The notes: a model not told the origin generated them from the letters alone. A DNA stretch of 64,000 nucleotides from an uncultured virus (IMG/VR IMGVR_UViG_3300006128_000009) (IMGVR_UViG_3300006128_000009); one strand, 5' to 3'; positions 28,710-38,721 are shown, numbered from the stretch's first letter. Made by a program: numbers and translations.

Positions 28710-30020
28710 ATGGCTCTTAAGATCAAAACTCAAAATGATGATTCAAATAAAAACAAAGTAGTTTTTGAATATCATACTAAAAAAGAAAAACTTCCGTTTG
28801 CTCCCGTTGGTATTCCTATTGGATTTCCTGAGTATAGTTACATTGAACTAAGACCGATAAGAGTTCCAGCACCGCCTCCATTGGAAATGCCTGAAGCTAG
28901 TTTACCTAGAGCTATAAATTACTATGCCGATTATGGTGGTTGTGGTTTCTGGAGAATGATTTGGCCTGAATTTATGCTAAATCAATATCAAAAAGCATGT
29001 ATTTCAGGTTTAACGTGCATGGTAATGGACCCTAGATTCTACCAGAACATTAAATGCATTAGAATGCAACGCCAAGCCACTCCAATGCAAAGAAATTTCA
29101 TTGCCGAACTCAAGAAATTGTCTCCGCAATTAGGGTTTAGAATGGTTTACGAGGTAGATGATATTGTTTTTAAAGATGATATTCCTGATTATAATAGATG
29201 CAAAGATGCATTTGTGAGTCAGGATATTATAGATAGCATTTTAAGCATCATGGGTATGATGGATGAGGTTACTGTTACTTGCAAATATATGAAAGAATAT
29301 TACCAAGAGAAAACGGGTAATAAGAAGATAACAGTAATTCCGAATTATCCACCAAAATTCTGGCTTGACAGATTCTATAATAAGAAAAAGGTTGAAGAAC
29401 TTTACGATAAGAATAAAAAACGCCCTAGAATCCTTTATTCAGGCTCCGGAACACACGTTGATGTGTTAAATAGAGTCGGATTAAAAGACGATTTCCATCA
29501 CGTTAATGACGCAATCATCAAAGCACGTAAGAAATTCAAATTCATATGGAAAGGTTGTTTCCCATTAGTCATGAAACCATATATTGATAATGGAGAAATG
29601 GAATTCATTGATTGGTCACCTCTTCCAGATTATCCACAGGGATTATACGATGCAAATTGTAATGCGGTTTTTGCACCATTGATTGATAATGTTTTCAATA
29701 GATCAAAGAGCAACATTAAAATGGTTGAAGCTGGTGGTTTAGGACTACCCGGTGCCTATCAAGACATGTGTACATACGAAGAAGCAGAACATAAATTCAA
29801 AAATGGAAATGATCTAATTGATCAACTTGAATATTTGACTTCTGATTTTGATAGATACATGAAGGAATCCGATAAAGCTAGAGCATTTACTGATAAACTA
29901 TGGCTTGAGGATCATATTAATGAGTATGAAGCTGTATATTTCACTGAATGGGGTTCTAAGGAACGCAAAGAAATGGCTCCAAGATTAATTGAACTCAATC
30001 CAGATCAAGATATTGCTTGA
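28710..30020 (+). CDS. GT-B glycosyltransferase between gp46 and DNA polymerase
   Basis: GGCGFWRM, YEVDDI, VIPNY, YSGSGTH, APLIDNVFNRSKSNIKMVE; TTGATT-17-TAATAT 7 nt before ATG 28710. Confidence 0.8.
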   Translation: MALKIKTQNDDSNKNKVVFEYHTKKEKLPFAPVGIPIGFPEYSYIELRPIRVPAPPPLEMPEASLPRAINYYADYGGCGFWRMIWPEFMLNQYQKACISGLTCMVMDPRFYQNIKCIRMQRQATPMQRNFIAELKKLSPQLGFRMVYEVDDIVFKDDIPDYNRCKDAFVSQDIIDSILSIMGMMDEVTVTCKYMKEYYQEKTGNKKITVIPNYPPKFWLDRFYNKKKVEELYDKNKKRPRILYSGSGTHVDVLNRVGLKDDFHHVNDAIIKARKKFKFIWKGCFPLVMKPYIDNGEMEFIDWSPLPDYPQGLYDANCNAVFAPLIDNVFNRSKSNIKMVEAGGLGLPGAYQDMCTYEEAEHKFKNGNDLIDQLEYLTSDFDRYMKESDKARAFTDKLWLEDHINEYEAVYFTEWGSKERKEMAPRLIELNPDQDIA

Positions 30021-30051
30021 TTTATGCACCGAAATGGTGCAGTATTGAGCT

Positions 30052-32628
30052 ATGGCTTATAGAAATGCAATTTATGATTACTCTAATGAGGTAATTCATC
30101 TATTTACTTGGGATAAAGATGGCAAAAGAACAAAAGTAGTTTGTAGTTTTGAGCCATATCTATTCATAGAATCACAAAATGGATGTGATGGTACATCCAT
30201 TTTCAATACTCCACTCAAAAAGATTTCTTTTTCCAACCAAAAAGATAGAAATAAATTCATTGAAGGTACTCCCATAAAGAGATTATTTCATAATCTAAGC
30301 ATAGAACAACAATTCTTACTAGATACATTCAAGAATGATGTTGATAAAGAAGATTATGGTAAGCAACCGCTTAAGATTTTCTATATTGATATCGAAACAT
30401 ATAAAACTTCTACTACTTTTTCTAGTCCAGAAGAAGCTACGGACCCGATTAATCTCATTACAGTATATGATTCTTTAACTCAGAAGTATCATACGTTTGG
30501 TTGTAAGAACTATGCAACCCAAGAAGAAGATGTAACTTACGTAAAATGCACGGGTGAGAAAGATCTACTCATGTCTTTCTTGAAGTTTTGGAAGAAAGAT
30601 CATCCGGATATTGTTACTGGTTGGAATATTCATGGTTACGATATTCCATATATTATTAATAGGATCAATAGAATCTGGGATAATGATACCAAGTCGAGAG
30701 AACTATCACCAATTAATAAGCTTTATTTCAAAGAAAATGTTGCAGTCAATAAGATGGGAAGAAAAATCAATCGTTGGTATATCAATGGAGTCAGTATCTT
30801 GGACTATCAGGAAGTATATCAAGCATTTTCACTAGGTGATAGAGAATCATACTCCTTGAATTACATTGCTGAATATGAATTAGGAGAAGGGAAAATACCA
30901 TTTGGTAGTATGTCTCTTAACAATTTAGCGGATGAAGATTGGATGAAGTTTGTTGATTACAACATTCAAGACGTTAGACTTCTAATTAAACTAGAAGAGA
31001 AATTAAAATATCTAAAATTAATTAGAAACCTTTCTTATAGAGGCTTTATTCCTTTTGAAAAAGCAATGGGTAAGGTGTCTCTCATCACAGGTGCAGTTGC
31101 ACATCAGGCCATGAAACAGAAATTATACATTCCTACCTTCAATGAAGAGAAGATTAAAAAGAAATTTGCGGGTGGGTATGTCTACGAACCAACGCCGGGT
31201 CTATACGAGGACATCGTTTCATACGATGCCAACAGTCTTTATCCGAATACAATTATTACTTTGAACATTTCACCAGAAACAAAAGTGGGGAAAATATCAT
31301 CAATACAAGACAATAAGATAAAAGTTATTTTGACTAACCAAAAAGAAATAACATTTAACATAGAAAATTTTAAGAGATTTGTTACCGAACAAAAACTCAC
31401 AATTACAAAGGCAAATGTTCTTTATACTCAAAAATTCAAAGGTATAGTTCCAAATCTAATTGATGGTATTTATGCTGAACGAATAAAAGCAAAGGATAAA
31501 ATGCTTGAAGCTAAGAAAAAATTACATAAGACCTCTGATGAATATGAAAAGAAAAACCTAGAAGAAGAAATTGTAGATAATGATATTTTATCAAATACAT
31601 ATAAAGTGTTTTTGAATTCGATTTATGGTGTATTTTCTCAAATTTATTCTCCATTATTTGATATTGATCATGCTGAAAGTGTTACTTTAACTGGACAAGC
31701 AGTTGTTAAGAAGGGTGCTGATTTGATTTTTGAATACGCAAAGAATAATGGTTTCTTGGGTGTATATGAAGACCTTCTAAAATACTCTGATACTGATTCA
31801 TTGTTTCTATCATATAGTCATATTTTCAAACAAAGAAATATTAATTTGATTAGCGATGGAAGTATTACCAAAGAAGCACACGAATATATTAAACAAGCAG
31901 GTCAGTATTTGAATGATAAGATTAATATTTGGGCTAAAGATGAATTAAAATCGATAGATCCTAGATATTTCTTTAAGAGAGAGAAAATCTGCGATGTTGC
32001 TCTTCTACAAGCTAAGAAATTTTATATTCTTCACATCCTTGATAAGGAAGGAGTCCCAACAGATGAATTTGATTACACGGGAATAGAAGTTGCTAAATCT
32101 ATTATTTCCAAACAGGTTAAAGAATTAATTAAAAATGTAGTTGAGCTTGCAATTGTATCTAAAGACAGAAAGAAGGCAGGACATTTGTTTCAAGATGCTT
32201 ATGAAAAATTCTGCAATTTAACTCCAGAAGAAATTGCATTTAGGAAAAAGGTTAACAACTATGAAAAATATGAAGATATGGTTGAAGAAAGTGGCAAAAT
32301 GGGCAAGGGAACACCGATTCACGCTAAAGCATCAATACATTATAATCATCTCATAAAGGAATTGGGATTAACCGGACTATATCCAGAGATTACAAGTGGA
32401 TCAAAAATGAAATTTGTTTATTGTAAAGATAATAAATATGGTTATAAAGTTTTAGCTTTTGGAGATGAATATCCAAGAGAAATGGCTAATTATGTAAAAC
32501 CAGATTACAAATTAATGTTTGAAAAAAATGTTGCTCCTGTTATTAGTAGGATTTTTACCATCATCGGATGGCCTACTCCAGTAATAGGTTGCGAAGAACA
32601 TACTGATCTGATATCATTATTCTCATGA
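30052..32628 (+). CDS. gp43: Family B DNA polymerase (gp43)
   Basis: Exonuclease DIET, GWN..GYDIPY, YNIQD; polymerase YDANSLYP, KVFLNSIYG, YSDTDS; no intein-sized insert. Confidence 0.97.
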   Translation: MAYRNAIYDYSNEVIHLFTWDKDGKRTKVVCSFEPYLFIESQNGCDGTSIFNTPLKKISFSNQKDRNKFIEGTPIKRLFHNLSIEQQFLLDTFKNDVDKEDYGKQPLKIFYIDIETYKTSTTFSSPEEATDPINLITVYDSLTQKYHTFGCKNYATQEEDVTYVKCTGEKDLLMSFLKFWKKDHPDIVTGWNIHGYDIPYIINRINRIWDNDTKSRELSPINKLYFKENVAVNKMGRKINRWYINGVSILDYQEVYQAFSLGDRESYSLNYIAEYELGEGKIPFGSMSLNNLADEDWMKFVDYNIQDVRLLIKLEEKLKYLKLIRNLSYRGFIPFEKAMGKVSLITGAVAHQAMKQKLYIPTFNEEKIKKKFAGGYVYEPTPGLYEDIVSYDANSLYPNTIITLNISPETKVGKISSIQDNKIKVILTNQKEITFNIENFKRFVTEQKLTITKANVLYTQKFKGIVPNLIDGIYAERIKAKDKMLEAKKKLHKTSDEYEKKNLEEEIVDNDILSNTYKVFLNSIYGVFSQIYSPLFDIDHAESVTLTGQAVVKKGADLIFEYAKNNGFLGVYEDLLKYSDTDSLFLSYSHIFKQRNINLISDGSITKEAHEYIKQAGQYLNDKINIWAKDELKSIDPRYFFKREKICDVALLQAKKFYILHILDKEGVPTDEFDYTGIEVAKSIISKQVKELIKNVVELAIVSKDRKKAGHLFQDAYEKFCNLTPEEIAFRKKVNNYEKYEDMVEESGKMGKGTPIHAKASIHYNHLIKELGLTGLYPEITSGSKMKFVYCKDNKYGYKVLAFGDEYPREMANYVKPDYKLMFEKNVAPVISRIFTIIGWPTPVIGCEEHTDLISLFS

Positions 32629-33254
32629 ACAACAAAGTACAATTAATAGGTTATTACGGTAGTGATGAAATTCATGCAGGTTCGGCTTGGACTTCAACCA
32701 GTAGAGATATAAACGAAGAAAAAAGAAATAGAATTCCTTCATTGTTGAAAATGTTAGCTGAAAATGGACATCACACTCCGTTTGAAAAATCTTCTTTGCA
32801 TTTTTTAGTTACATCTGAAATTGCATCACATATTCATTTATTAAAACACCGTATAGGAGTATCGATAAATGCTGAGAGTGCTAGATATAAAGAATTAAAG
32901 GAAGATAAATTTTTTATTCCCGATGATTGGTCTCCTTATTGGGCTAATAAACTTAAAGCATATACCGAAGAAGGATTGAAATTATATCATGAATGTGTTG
33001 ATAGTCTTGTTAATGATTTAAAAATTGATAGAAAAAGAGCAAAAGAATCTGCTAGATTTTTTAGAACATACAACACACAGTTAGATTGTGATGTTATGTT
33101 TAACTGGAGATCGTTCTATCATTTTCTTTCTCTTAGAAATAAACCAGATGCTCAAAAAGAAATTAGAGAAATAGCATCAGAGATGCTTAATTTAGTTAAA
33201 AATATTGAAGGGAATCCTTTTAAATATACAATAGATGCTTTTAGACTAAATTAG
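32625..33254 (+). CDS. thyX: Flavin-dependent thymidylate synthase
   Basis: GHHTPFE, KHRIGVSINAESARY (RHR-x8-SxR variant), NWRSFYHFLSLR...AQKEIR. Confidence 0.92.
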   Translation: MNNKVQLIGYYGSDEIHAGSAWTSTSRDINEEKRNRIPSLLKMLAENGHHTPFEKSSLHFLVTSEIASHIHLLKHRIGVSINAESARYKELKEDKFFIPDDWSPYWANKLKAYTEEGLKLYHECVDSLVNDLKIDRKRAKESARFFRTYNTQLDCDVMFNWRSFYHFLSLRNKPDAQKEIREIASEMLNLVKNIEGNPFKYTIDAFRLN

Positions 33255-33542
33255 TCTACGATTAAAAAATTCTTTAAAAGATTCGCCTCTGATTTTTCTA
33301 AATGTTTCTTCTATATCAGCGTCAATTTGTTTATTAAATTCCGCTTTTATTTCATTCATATCAATCTTTCTTTTATCAAAATCTTTTTCGTCTATGATTT
33401 TATATACTGGTTTAACAGCATATCTAGGTTGAACACATAATATATATTGAGCTATATCCCTAACAAATATGAAATCGCTGACTGTTAAATCATCTACATT
33501 TTTTCTTAATGGATTATTAATAATTTTATCTATAATATTCAT
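33246..33542 (-). CDS. Hypothetical protein
   Basis: ~98-aa ORF filling the gap, convergent with thyX. Confidence 0.55.
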   Translation of the reverse strand: MNIIDKIINNPLRKNVDDLTVSDFIFVRDIAQYILCVQPRYAVKPVYKIIDEKDFDKRKIDMNEIKAEFNKQIDADIEETFRKIRGESFKEFFNRRLI

Positions 33543-33596
33543 TATTTTAATAATTATCCCTTGCATTCTTAATAAGATGTGTTAAATTTATATAGT

Positions 33597-33974
33597 ATGA
33601 CAACACAAAATACAACAAAACTCACAGTAATCCTTGACGCAGTCGGTCGCACCATTCTTGGTGAGGCAGTAGAGTCAACAGATCCTTCAATCACACCAAT
33701 CAAGAATCCAACAATCTTGATTGTTCAGCAACAGCAGGATGGTAGAATGTCAATCGGTCTTCATCCGATTATTTTTAGGGAATTCTTGGGCGACAAGACT
33801 TCTGATGTAGTCTTCAATTATCAGACAGCATCAATCACTAAGTCCGATATCGATACACTCGACTTCAGACTTCAGGCACAGTATGGTCAGATTTTTAATG
33901 GCAACAATGCATTCGTTGCTCCTTCTGAGCAACCAGCAGAGTCTTCGAATGTGATTAATCTTTTCGACGAGTAA
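33597..33974 (+). CDS. Putative Sm/LSm-like (SH3-type barrel) protein
   Basis: LTVILDAVGRTILG...IKNPTIL...G.MSIGLHP...Y.QIF resembles the small Sm-like proteins of T4-like phages; C-ending codon bias; TTGCAT-16-TAAATT 8 nt upstream. Confidence 0.5.
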   Translation: MTTQNTTKLTVILDAVGRTILGEAVESTDPSITPIKNPTILIVQQQQDGRMSIGLHPIIFREFLGDKTSDVVFNYQTASITKSDIDTLDFRLQAQYGQIFNGNNAFVAPSEQPAESSNVINLFDE

Positions 33975-33994
33975 TCTCCTCCTCACATACTCGT
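33967..33994 (+). ncRNA. 3'-end hairpin exposing an anti-Shine-Dalgarno-like loop
   Basis: Stem ACGAGTA/TACTCGT, loop ATCTCCTCCTCACA. Confidence 0.4.
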
Positions 33995-33999
33995 TAAAT

Positions 34000-34036
34000 A
34001 AACCCCACAAAGGTCTTTGACTTTTGTGGGGTTTCT
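34000..34036 (+). terminator. Rho-independent terminator (possibly bidirectional) overlapping the uvsX -35
   Basis: AAACCCCACAAAGGTC-TTT-GACTTTTGTGGGGTTT followed by CT. Confidence 0.75.
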
Positions 34037-34044
34037 GCTATTAT
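34017..34044 (+). promoter_or_regulatory. sigma70-type promoter for uvsX
   Basis: TTGACT-16-TATTAT with TGC extended -10; ATG 7 nt downstream. Confidence 0.7.
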
Positions 34045-34051
34045 ATACTAT

Positions 34052-35155
34052 ATGGCAAAAAAGAACAACACAGAGGAAACAGAAACACAAGTAGGTAGCA
34101 TTGAAGATGCTTTTAAGATTTTAGATGATCTTAATCCCAAAGCAGCTTTTTTGGATGAGAATAGTTTATCAAATGTAAAGGATTGGATTGATACTGGTTC
34201 TTATGCACTGAATGCAATTATTTCCGGTTCACTATATGGAGGAATTCCTATGGGTAGATTGACGGGATTTATTGGACCAGAATCCTGCGGAAAAACTCTA
34301 ATGGCTAATAAGATTATGGCTAATGCTCAAAAGAAAGGTATGCACGTTGCATATTTTGATACAGAAGGAGCATTGGATGAAGACACAGCAAAAAGAATTG
34401 GATGTGATTCATCTAAAATTAAGCATGTTCCATCAGAGATAACTGAAGATTGTAGAAATCAAATTGTGAAGTTTTTGAATACCGTTATCGAAAAGAAACT
34501 TCAAGGCAAAGTTCTCTTGGTTATTGACTCTCTCGGTAATCTTATAACCTCACAAGAAAAGAAAAAGATCGACGAGGGAACTGACACTCCTGATATGGGT
34601 AATAGAGCAAAGGCTCTTAAATCGATGATGAGAGCAGTCACTCATGCAGCAGCGGCGGCAAACTGTCCGGTGGTTTTCACAAACCACATTTACGACGATC
34701 CTTCCGCTATGCATCCAACTGCAATTAAAAAGCAAGCAGGTGGTTCTGGGCCTCTTTATATGGCATCTGTTATCGTGCAGATGGCTAAGAAGACAGAAAA
34801 GGCAGAAGACTCCAAAAACAAAGACGCTAATACTGAATCTACATTACTATCAAAAGGAATCAATGGTTTGACGCTTCGTGCGTTTACAACAAAGAATCGA
34901 TTCGTTACTCCGTTCCTAGAGATTGAAATGTATTTGAATTTTAGAACAGGATTGAACAAGTATTCAGGACTTCTTGAAATGGCAGAAGGTTATGGTGTGT
35001 TAGAAAAGGCAGGTCATCGTTATGTCTTTAATGGGGAAAATCTTGGTTTTTTTAAGGAATTTAAAGACAACGAGGAAGTGTGGAATAAAATTCTACCAGT
35101 TCTTGAAGAAAAATTAAAAGAAGGTCTATCGTTTAAAAACGAGACTAATAATTGA
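34052..35155 (+). CDS. uvsX: RecA-like recombinase UvsX
   Basis: IDTGSYALNAIISG, GPESCGKT, YFDTE, VIDSLGNL, FTNHIY, GGSGPLY, KNRF. Confidence 0.95.
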   Translation: MAKKNNTEETETQVGSIEDAFKILDDLNPKAAFLDENSLSNVKDWIDTGSYALNAIISGSLYGGIPMGRLTGFIGPESCGKTLMANKIMANAQKKGMHVAYFDTEGALDEDTAKRIGCDSSKIKHVPSEITEDCRNQIVKFLNTVIEKKLQGKVLLVIDSLGNLITSQEKKKIDEGTDTPDMGNRAKALKSMMRAVTHAAAAANCPVVFTNHIYDDPSAMHPTAIKKQAGGSGPLYMASVIVQMAKKTEKAEDSKNKDANTESTLLSKGINGLTLRAFTTKNRFVTPFLEIEMYLNFRTGLNKYSGLLEMAEGYGVLEKAGHRYVFNGENLGFFKEFKDNEEVWNKILPVLEEKLKEGLSFKNETNN

Positions 35156-35183
35156 TTTTTTATAATTTATAATAAATAAAATT

Positions 35184-35414
35184 ATGATTGAAACTAAACA
35201 AATTATTAGTGGAACAGAAGAAGAACTTCTTGAGTATTTTAAGAATAAATACAATCTCGTTGAATGTAATAATTCAAAAAAAGTTCAGGTAAATGAAGAA
35301 AAAATTCAACCAACAGTAGATGGAGTTAAAGCATCTACTAAGGTAGCTGTACAAGTCGGGAATAAAGTTACAGATGGAATTAAAAATCTTTTTGCTGGAA
35401 CTAGTTGGGGTTAA
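35184..35414 (+). CDS. Hypothetical small protein
   Basis: 76-aa ORF; TAAATA 5 nt upstream. Confidence 0.6.
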   Translation: MIETKQIISGTEEELLEYFKNKYNLVECNNSKKVQVNEEKIQPTVDGVKASTKVAVQVGNKVTDGIKNLFAGTSWG

Positions 35415-35435
35415 TAAAATTACAAAGTATGAAAT

Positions 35436-35471
35436 TTATAGGTTGCATTCTACTTGAGTGCAACCTATAAT
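35436..35471 (+). promoter_or_regulatory. gp41 promoter embedded in a 12-bp perfect inverted repeat
   Basis: TTATAGGTTGCA...TGCAACCTATAA containing TTGCAT-17-TATAAT. Confidence 0.65.
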
Positions 35472-35479
35472 TGTTTATA

Positions 35480-36871
35480 GTGAAAAATCCTTTACCCCTA
35501 GATCTAGATCATTATGAAAAGATCATTATGTATAATTCCATAATGGATCAGAATTATCTAGAAACCATTTTTGAATATACAAAACCTTCATTCTTTAAAA
35601 ATAAAGATATCAAAACTGTTTTTTCAGTTCTACATTCTTATTACGAAGAATATAAGAAAGTACCAAATATAACAGAACTAAAAGCTCATCTTATAAAGGA
35701 TGAGGATAAGCAAGCATTAAAGAATGTTGTTTTATCATTTGATTCTATAGATAAAACTTACGATAAAGAAATTCTAATTAAAAATACTGAAAGATTCATT
35801 AAAGAAAAATCAGTAATGAACACCGTACTGAGTACCTCTTTGGAAGTACAAAGTGGTGAAATTGATACATCTAAGATTTTAAAAAAGTTTGAAGATGCTT
35901 GCAATATTTCTCTAATTCAGAATCTAGGATTTAATTATTTTGAAAATATTGATGATCATATAAATGATCTACAGAAAGTTTTTAAAAAACTTCCTTCTGG
36001 TTGGAAGTGGTTGGATAAACATTTAGGGGGTGGATTTGAAGCTGAAGGAAGAGCTTTATATTGTTTTTTTGGAGTAACTAATGTAGGTAAATCTATCTTC
36101 CTTGGTAACATGGCTACAAATATTGTTAATCAAGATAAAACTGTAGTTTTGATTACACTTGAAATGGCTGAACAGGTTTATGCTAAAAGAATCAGTGCTT
36201 CACTATCAAAGATTCCATCAAATGATCTAGTAGTTCAACTTGAACCTTTAAGAAATCATCTCAATCAATATAAACTTAGAAACAGAAATTCAAAACTTAT
36301 TATTAAGGAGTTTCCACCAAAAGCTGTAACATCACTTCAAATTAAGACATATATTGATAAACTAAAACAAAATGGAATAGTTCCAGATGCAATCATTATC
36401 GATTATCTCAATCTAATTTCTCCCACACAAAAGGGACTTAATTCTTACGAATCAATTAAGCAAACTACAGAAGAGATTAGAGCATTGTCTTATCATTTCG
36501 AATGTCCTGTAATTACAGCTACACAAGCAAATAGAGCAGCAGTATCTACACCAAATCCTGACGTTGATAAGGTGGGAGAATCTATGGGTCTTGCTCATAC
36601 TGTTGATGCACAGTTTTCAATTTGGACTGAAGCAGAAGATATAGAATTAGGTATCATTCATCTTGGTATTGTTAAGAACCGATTTGGTCCTAGACAAGTT
36701 CATACTCAACTTAAAATTGATTATCCAACACTTTCATTAAGTGAAATGGATGAAGTTGCATTTAAATATGAAATCAAAGGAAGAATGCCTACCAATCTAG
36801 TTGATGATTCAAACCCAAACATTTCAGATATTTTAAATAGCGTTCAAAATTATAGTGATGGTGAAAATTAA
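35480..36871 (+). CDS. gp41: Replicative DnaB-like helicase (gp41)
   Basis: GVTNVGKS, ITLEMAE, IIKEFP, IIDYLNL, TATQANR, ESMGLAHTVD, KNRFG; GTG start inferred. Confidence 0.95.
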   Translation: MKNPLPLDLDHYEKIIMYNSIMDQNYLETIFEYTKPSFFKNKDIKTVFSVLHSYYEEYKKVPNITELKAHLIKDEDKQALKNVVLSFDSIDKTYDKEILIKNTERFIKEKSVMNTVLSTSLEVQSGEIDTSKILKKFEDACNISLIQNLGFNYFENIDDHINDLQKVFKKLPSGWKWLDKHLGGGFEAEGRALYCFFGVTNVGKSIFLGNMATNIVNQDKTVVLITLEMAEQVYAKRISASLSKIPSNDLVVQLEPLRNHLNQYKLRNRNSKLIIKEFPPKAVTSLQIKTYIDKLKQNGIVPDAIIIDYLNLISPTQKGLNSYESIKQTTEEIRALSYHFECPVITATQANRAAVSTPNPDVDKVGESMGLAHTVDAQFSIWTEAEDIELGIIHLGIVKNRFGPRQVHTQLKIDYPTLSLSEMDEVAFKYEIKGRMPTNLVDDSNPNISDILNSVQNYSDGEN

Positions 36872-36894
36872 AGACTTACGCATAAGTAAGTCTA

Positions 36895-37197
36895 ATGATC
36901 ATAACATCCTCACAACAATTTGAAAATTTATGCAATCCAGCAGATGCTCTCAATATAGAAGAGTTTGAAGAAATTACTCTTAAATTTGGATCTTTTGTAT
37001 GTATAGCTAAAAATAAAAAAATGAATTATTTAAATTTTTTAAAATTTTTAGTAGACGATAAAAAGACACAAAAAATTTATTTTGCACTTTTGGGAGAATA
37101 TTCTTTACAAAATATTATAAGAGCGTATCTTGGTTCTACACCAAATGTCTATAAGAAGATATTTAGGTCTAAATTAAACCAAAAGAAAAATGCTTGA
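36895..37197 (+). CDS. Hypothetical late protein
   Basis: 100-aa ORF; TAAGTA 6 nt upstream. Confidence 0.6.
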   Translation: MIITSSQQFENLCNPADALNIEEFEEITLKFGSFVCIAKNKKMNYLNFLKFLVDDKKTQKIYFALLGEYSLQNIIRAYLGSTPNVYKKIFRSKLNQKKNA

Positions 37198-37843
37198 AAT
37201 TACAGAATCGGAAAAATTAATATATAATACATATTTGCGTTGTTCTAGATTTGGACAACCTGTGACATTCAGAAAGGATTTTTCTGATATGGATCAAAAT
37301 ACGATTGTAAATCTTAAAAAGATTTCTAACTTTTTAACCAGATATCCACATATAAAAGTGATGGATTATTTTTATGCACCAATAGGATTACACGCTGATG
37401 ATGAATATCCAAAACTGAGTTTCTTCACAACTTTAGCTGCTATGAAGAACTATACTCTTTTTAAGAAAAAACAAGAAGAGGAAGATCCAGAAAAACAATT
37501 TGAATTAATTAAAGAAGGATTTAAGTTTATTGGAATGTTTTGTCTAGAAAATAAAATAACACTTGAGCAATACGCAAAACATAAAACTGGATATATGCTT
37601 TCATGGTTAAATCATTATCGGGAACATAGAATTAGCCCATATTGTTTAATGGAAATAAATGGAATATTTTCAGTTTTACACGAACTTGAAAATGACGAAT
37701 TAGAACTTTTTGCAAAAAATTTAAACGAAAAGATTGTTGCATTTAAAACAAGATATGCTAATTCTAATAAGACAAAAGAACTGGTAAAAGAAGCAACAAT
37801 AAAAATCTCTTCTTTTGTCAAAAAAAACTTGCAAACAAAATAA
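37190..37843 (+). CDS. Possible helicase loader (gp59-like)
   Basis: 217-aa basic helical protein directly before gp32, matching T4 59-32 synteny; sequence support weak. Confidence 0.45.
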   Translation: MLEITESEKLIYNTYLRCSRFGQPVTFRKDFSDMDQNTIVNLKKISNFLTRYPHIKVMDYFYAPIGLHADDEYPKLSFFTTLAAMKNYTLFKKKQEEEDPEKQFELIKEGFKFIGMFCLENKITLEQYAKHKTGYMLSWLNHYREHRISPYCLMEINGIFSVLHELENDELELFAKNLNEKIVAFKTRYANSNKTKELVKEATIKISSFVKKNLQTK

Positions 37844-37856
37844 AAACTGCTACTAT
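37829..37856 (+). promoter_or_regulatory. sigma70-type promoter for gp32
   Basis: TTGCAA-16-TACTAT with TGC extended -10; ATG 6 nt downstream. Confidence 0.65.
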
Positions 37857-37862
37857 ATATTT

Positions 37863-38720
37863 ATGACAACCAAATACAACTCGAATATATTCGACTCACT
37901 AAAGGATGCACTCTCCACCAAGGAGGTTACTGACAACGCCTTCAAGGATTTCTTGAAGATGGATATTGATAAGACATATGTAGTTCGTCTCCTTCCAAAC
38001 ATTCAGGATGGTAAGCGTACACGTTTCCATTACTATCAGCACGTTTGGAAGTCAGTGGTTACTGGTAAGGTTGTAAGCTGCCTGTGTCCCCATACCACGG
38101 AGGATAAGTGTCCTATTGATGAATATCGTTCAAAGGCATACTATTCCAAGAATGATACGCTTATTGAGCAGTCTAAGCCTCTCAAGCGTAATGAGAAGTG
38201 GCTTTATAATGTTTACGTTATTAAAGATCCAACCAATCCTGAGAATCAGGGTCAGGTTAAGATTCTCAATGCAGGTACACAGCTTCAGAAGATTATTCAG
38301 AACGCTATTGACGGTGATGATGCAGATGAGTTCGGTTATCGAATCTTTGATCTTTCTCCTAACGGTTGCAATCTAAGAATCAAGGTTGAGAAGAATGACG
38401 GCGGTTATGCAACCTATGTTTCTTCTAAGTTCACTTCCCCTAGTGAGATTGAAGGTCTTGATGATCCAGATGAGGTATATGCATCAGTTAAGAGCTTGGA
38501 CACAATTTTCCAAGCAAAGTCATACGATGATGTTAAGAAGCTCATGGATGTTCATTTCTTCGGTAAGTCTGAAGATGAAACTCAAGTTTCAACCCCAGTT
38601 CAGCAAAACGATGATGAAGATGATGATTTCGTAACTCCAGTTGTAACCAAAAACGAATCTTCAAATTCTGATATGTCTGAACAAGAGAAGAAGATGAGAG
38701 CGATCTTAGAAGATCTGTAA
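37863..38720 (+). CDS. gp32: Single-stranded DNA-binding protein (gp32)
   Basis: VRLLP, CLCP...CPIDE, NVYVIKDPTNPENQGQVKI, FDL...GCNLRIK, acidic tail. Confidence 0.93.
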   Translation: MTTKYNSNIFDSLKDALSTKEVTDNAFKDFLKMDIDKTYVVRLLPNIQDGKRTRFHYYQHVWKSVVTGKVVSCLCPHTTEDKCPIDEYRSKAYYSKNDTLIEQSKPLKRNEKWLYNVYVIKDPTNPENQGQVKILNAGTQLQKIIQNAIDGDDADEFGYRIFDLSPNGCNLRIKVEKNDGGYATYVSSKFTSPSEIEGLDDPDEVYASVKSLDTIFQAKSYDDVKKLMDVHFFGKSEDETQVSTPVQQNDDEDDDFVTPVVTKNESSNSDMSEQEKKMRAILEDL

Positions 38721-38721
38721 G

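Noticed and set aside
33974..33987. Minus-strand GAGGAGGAG as a ribosome-binding site
   Set aside because: No ATG/GTG at SD distance downstream, and it lies antisense to a well-formed gene; a CsrA-type GGA loop cannot be excluded but no minus-strand promoter was seen
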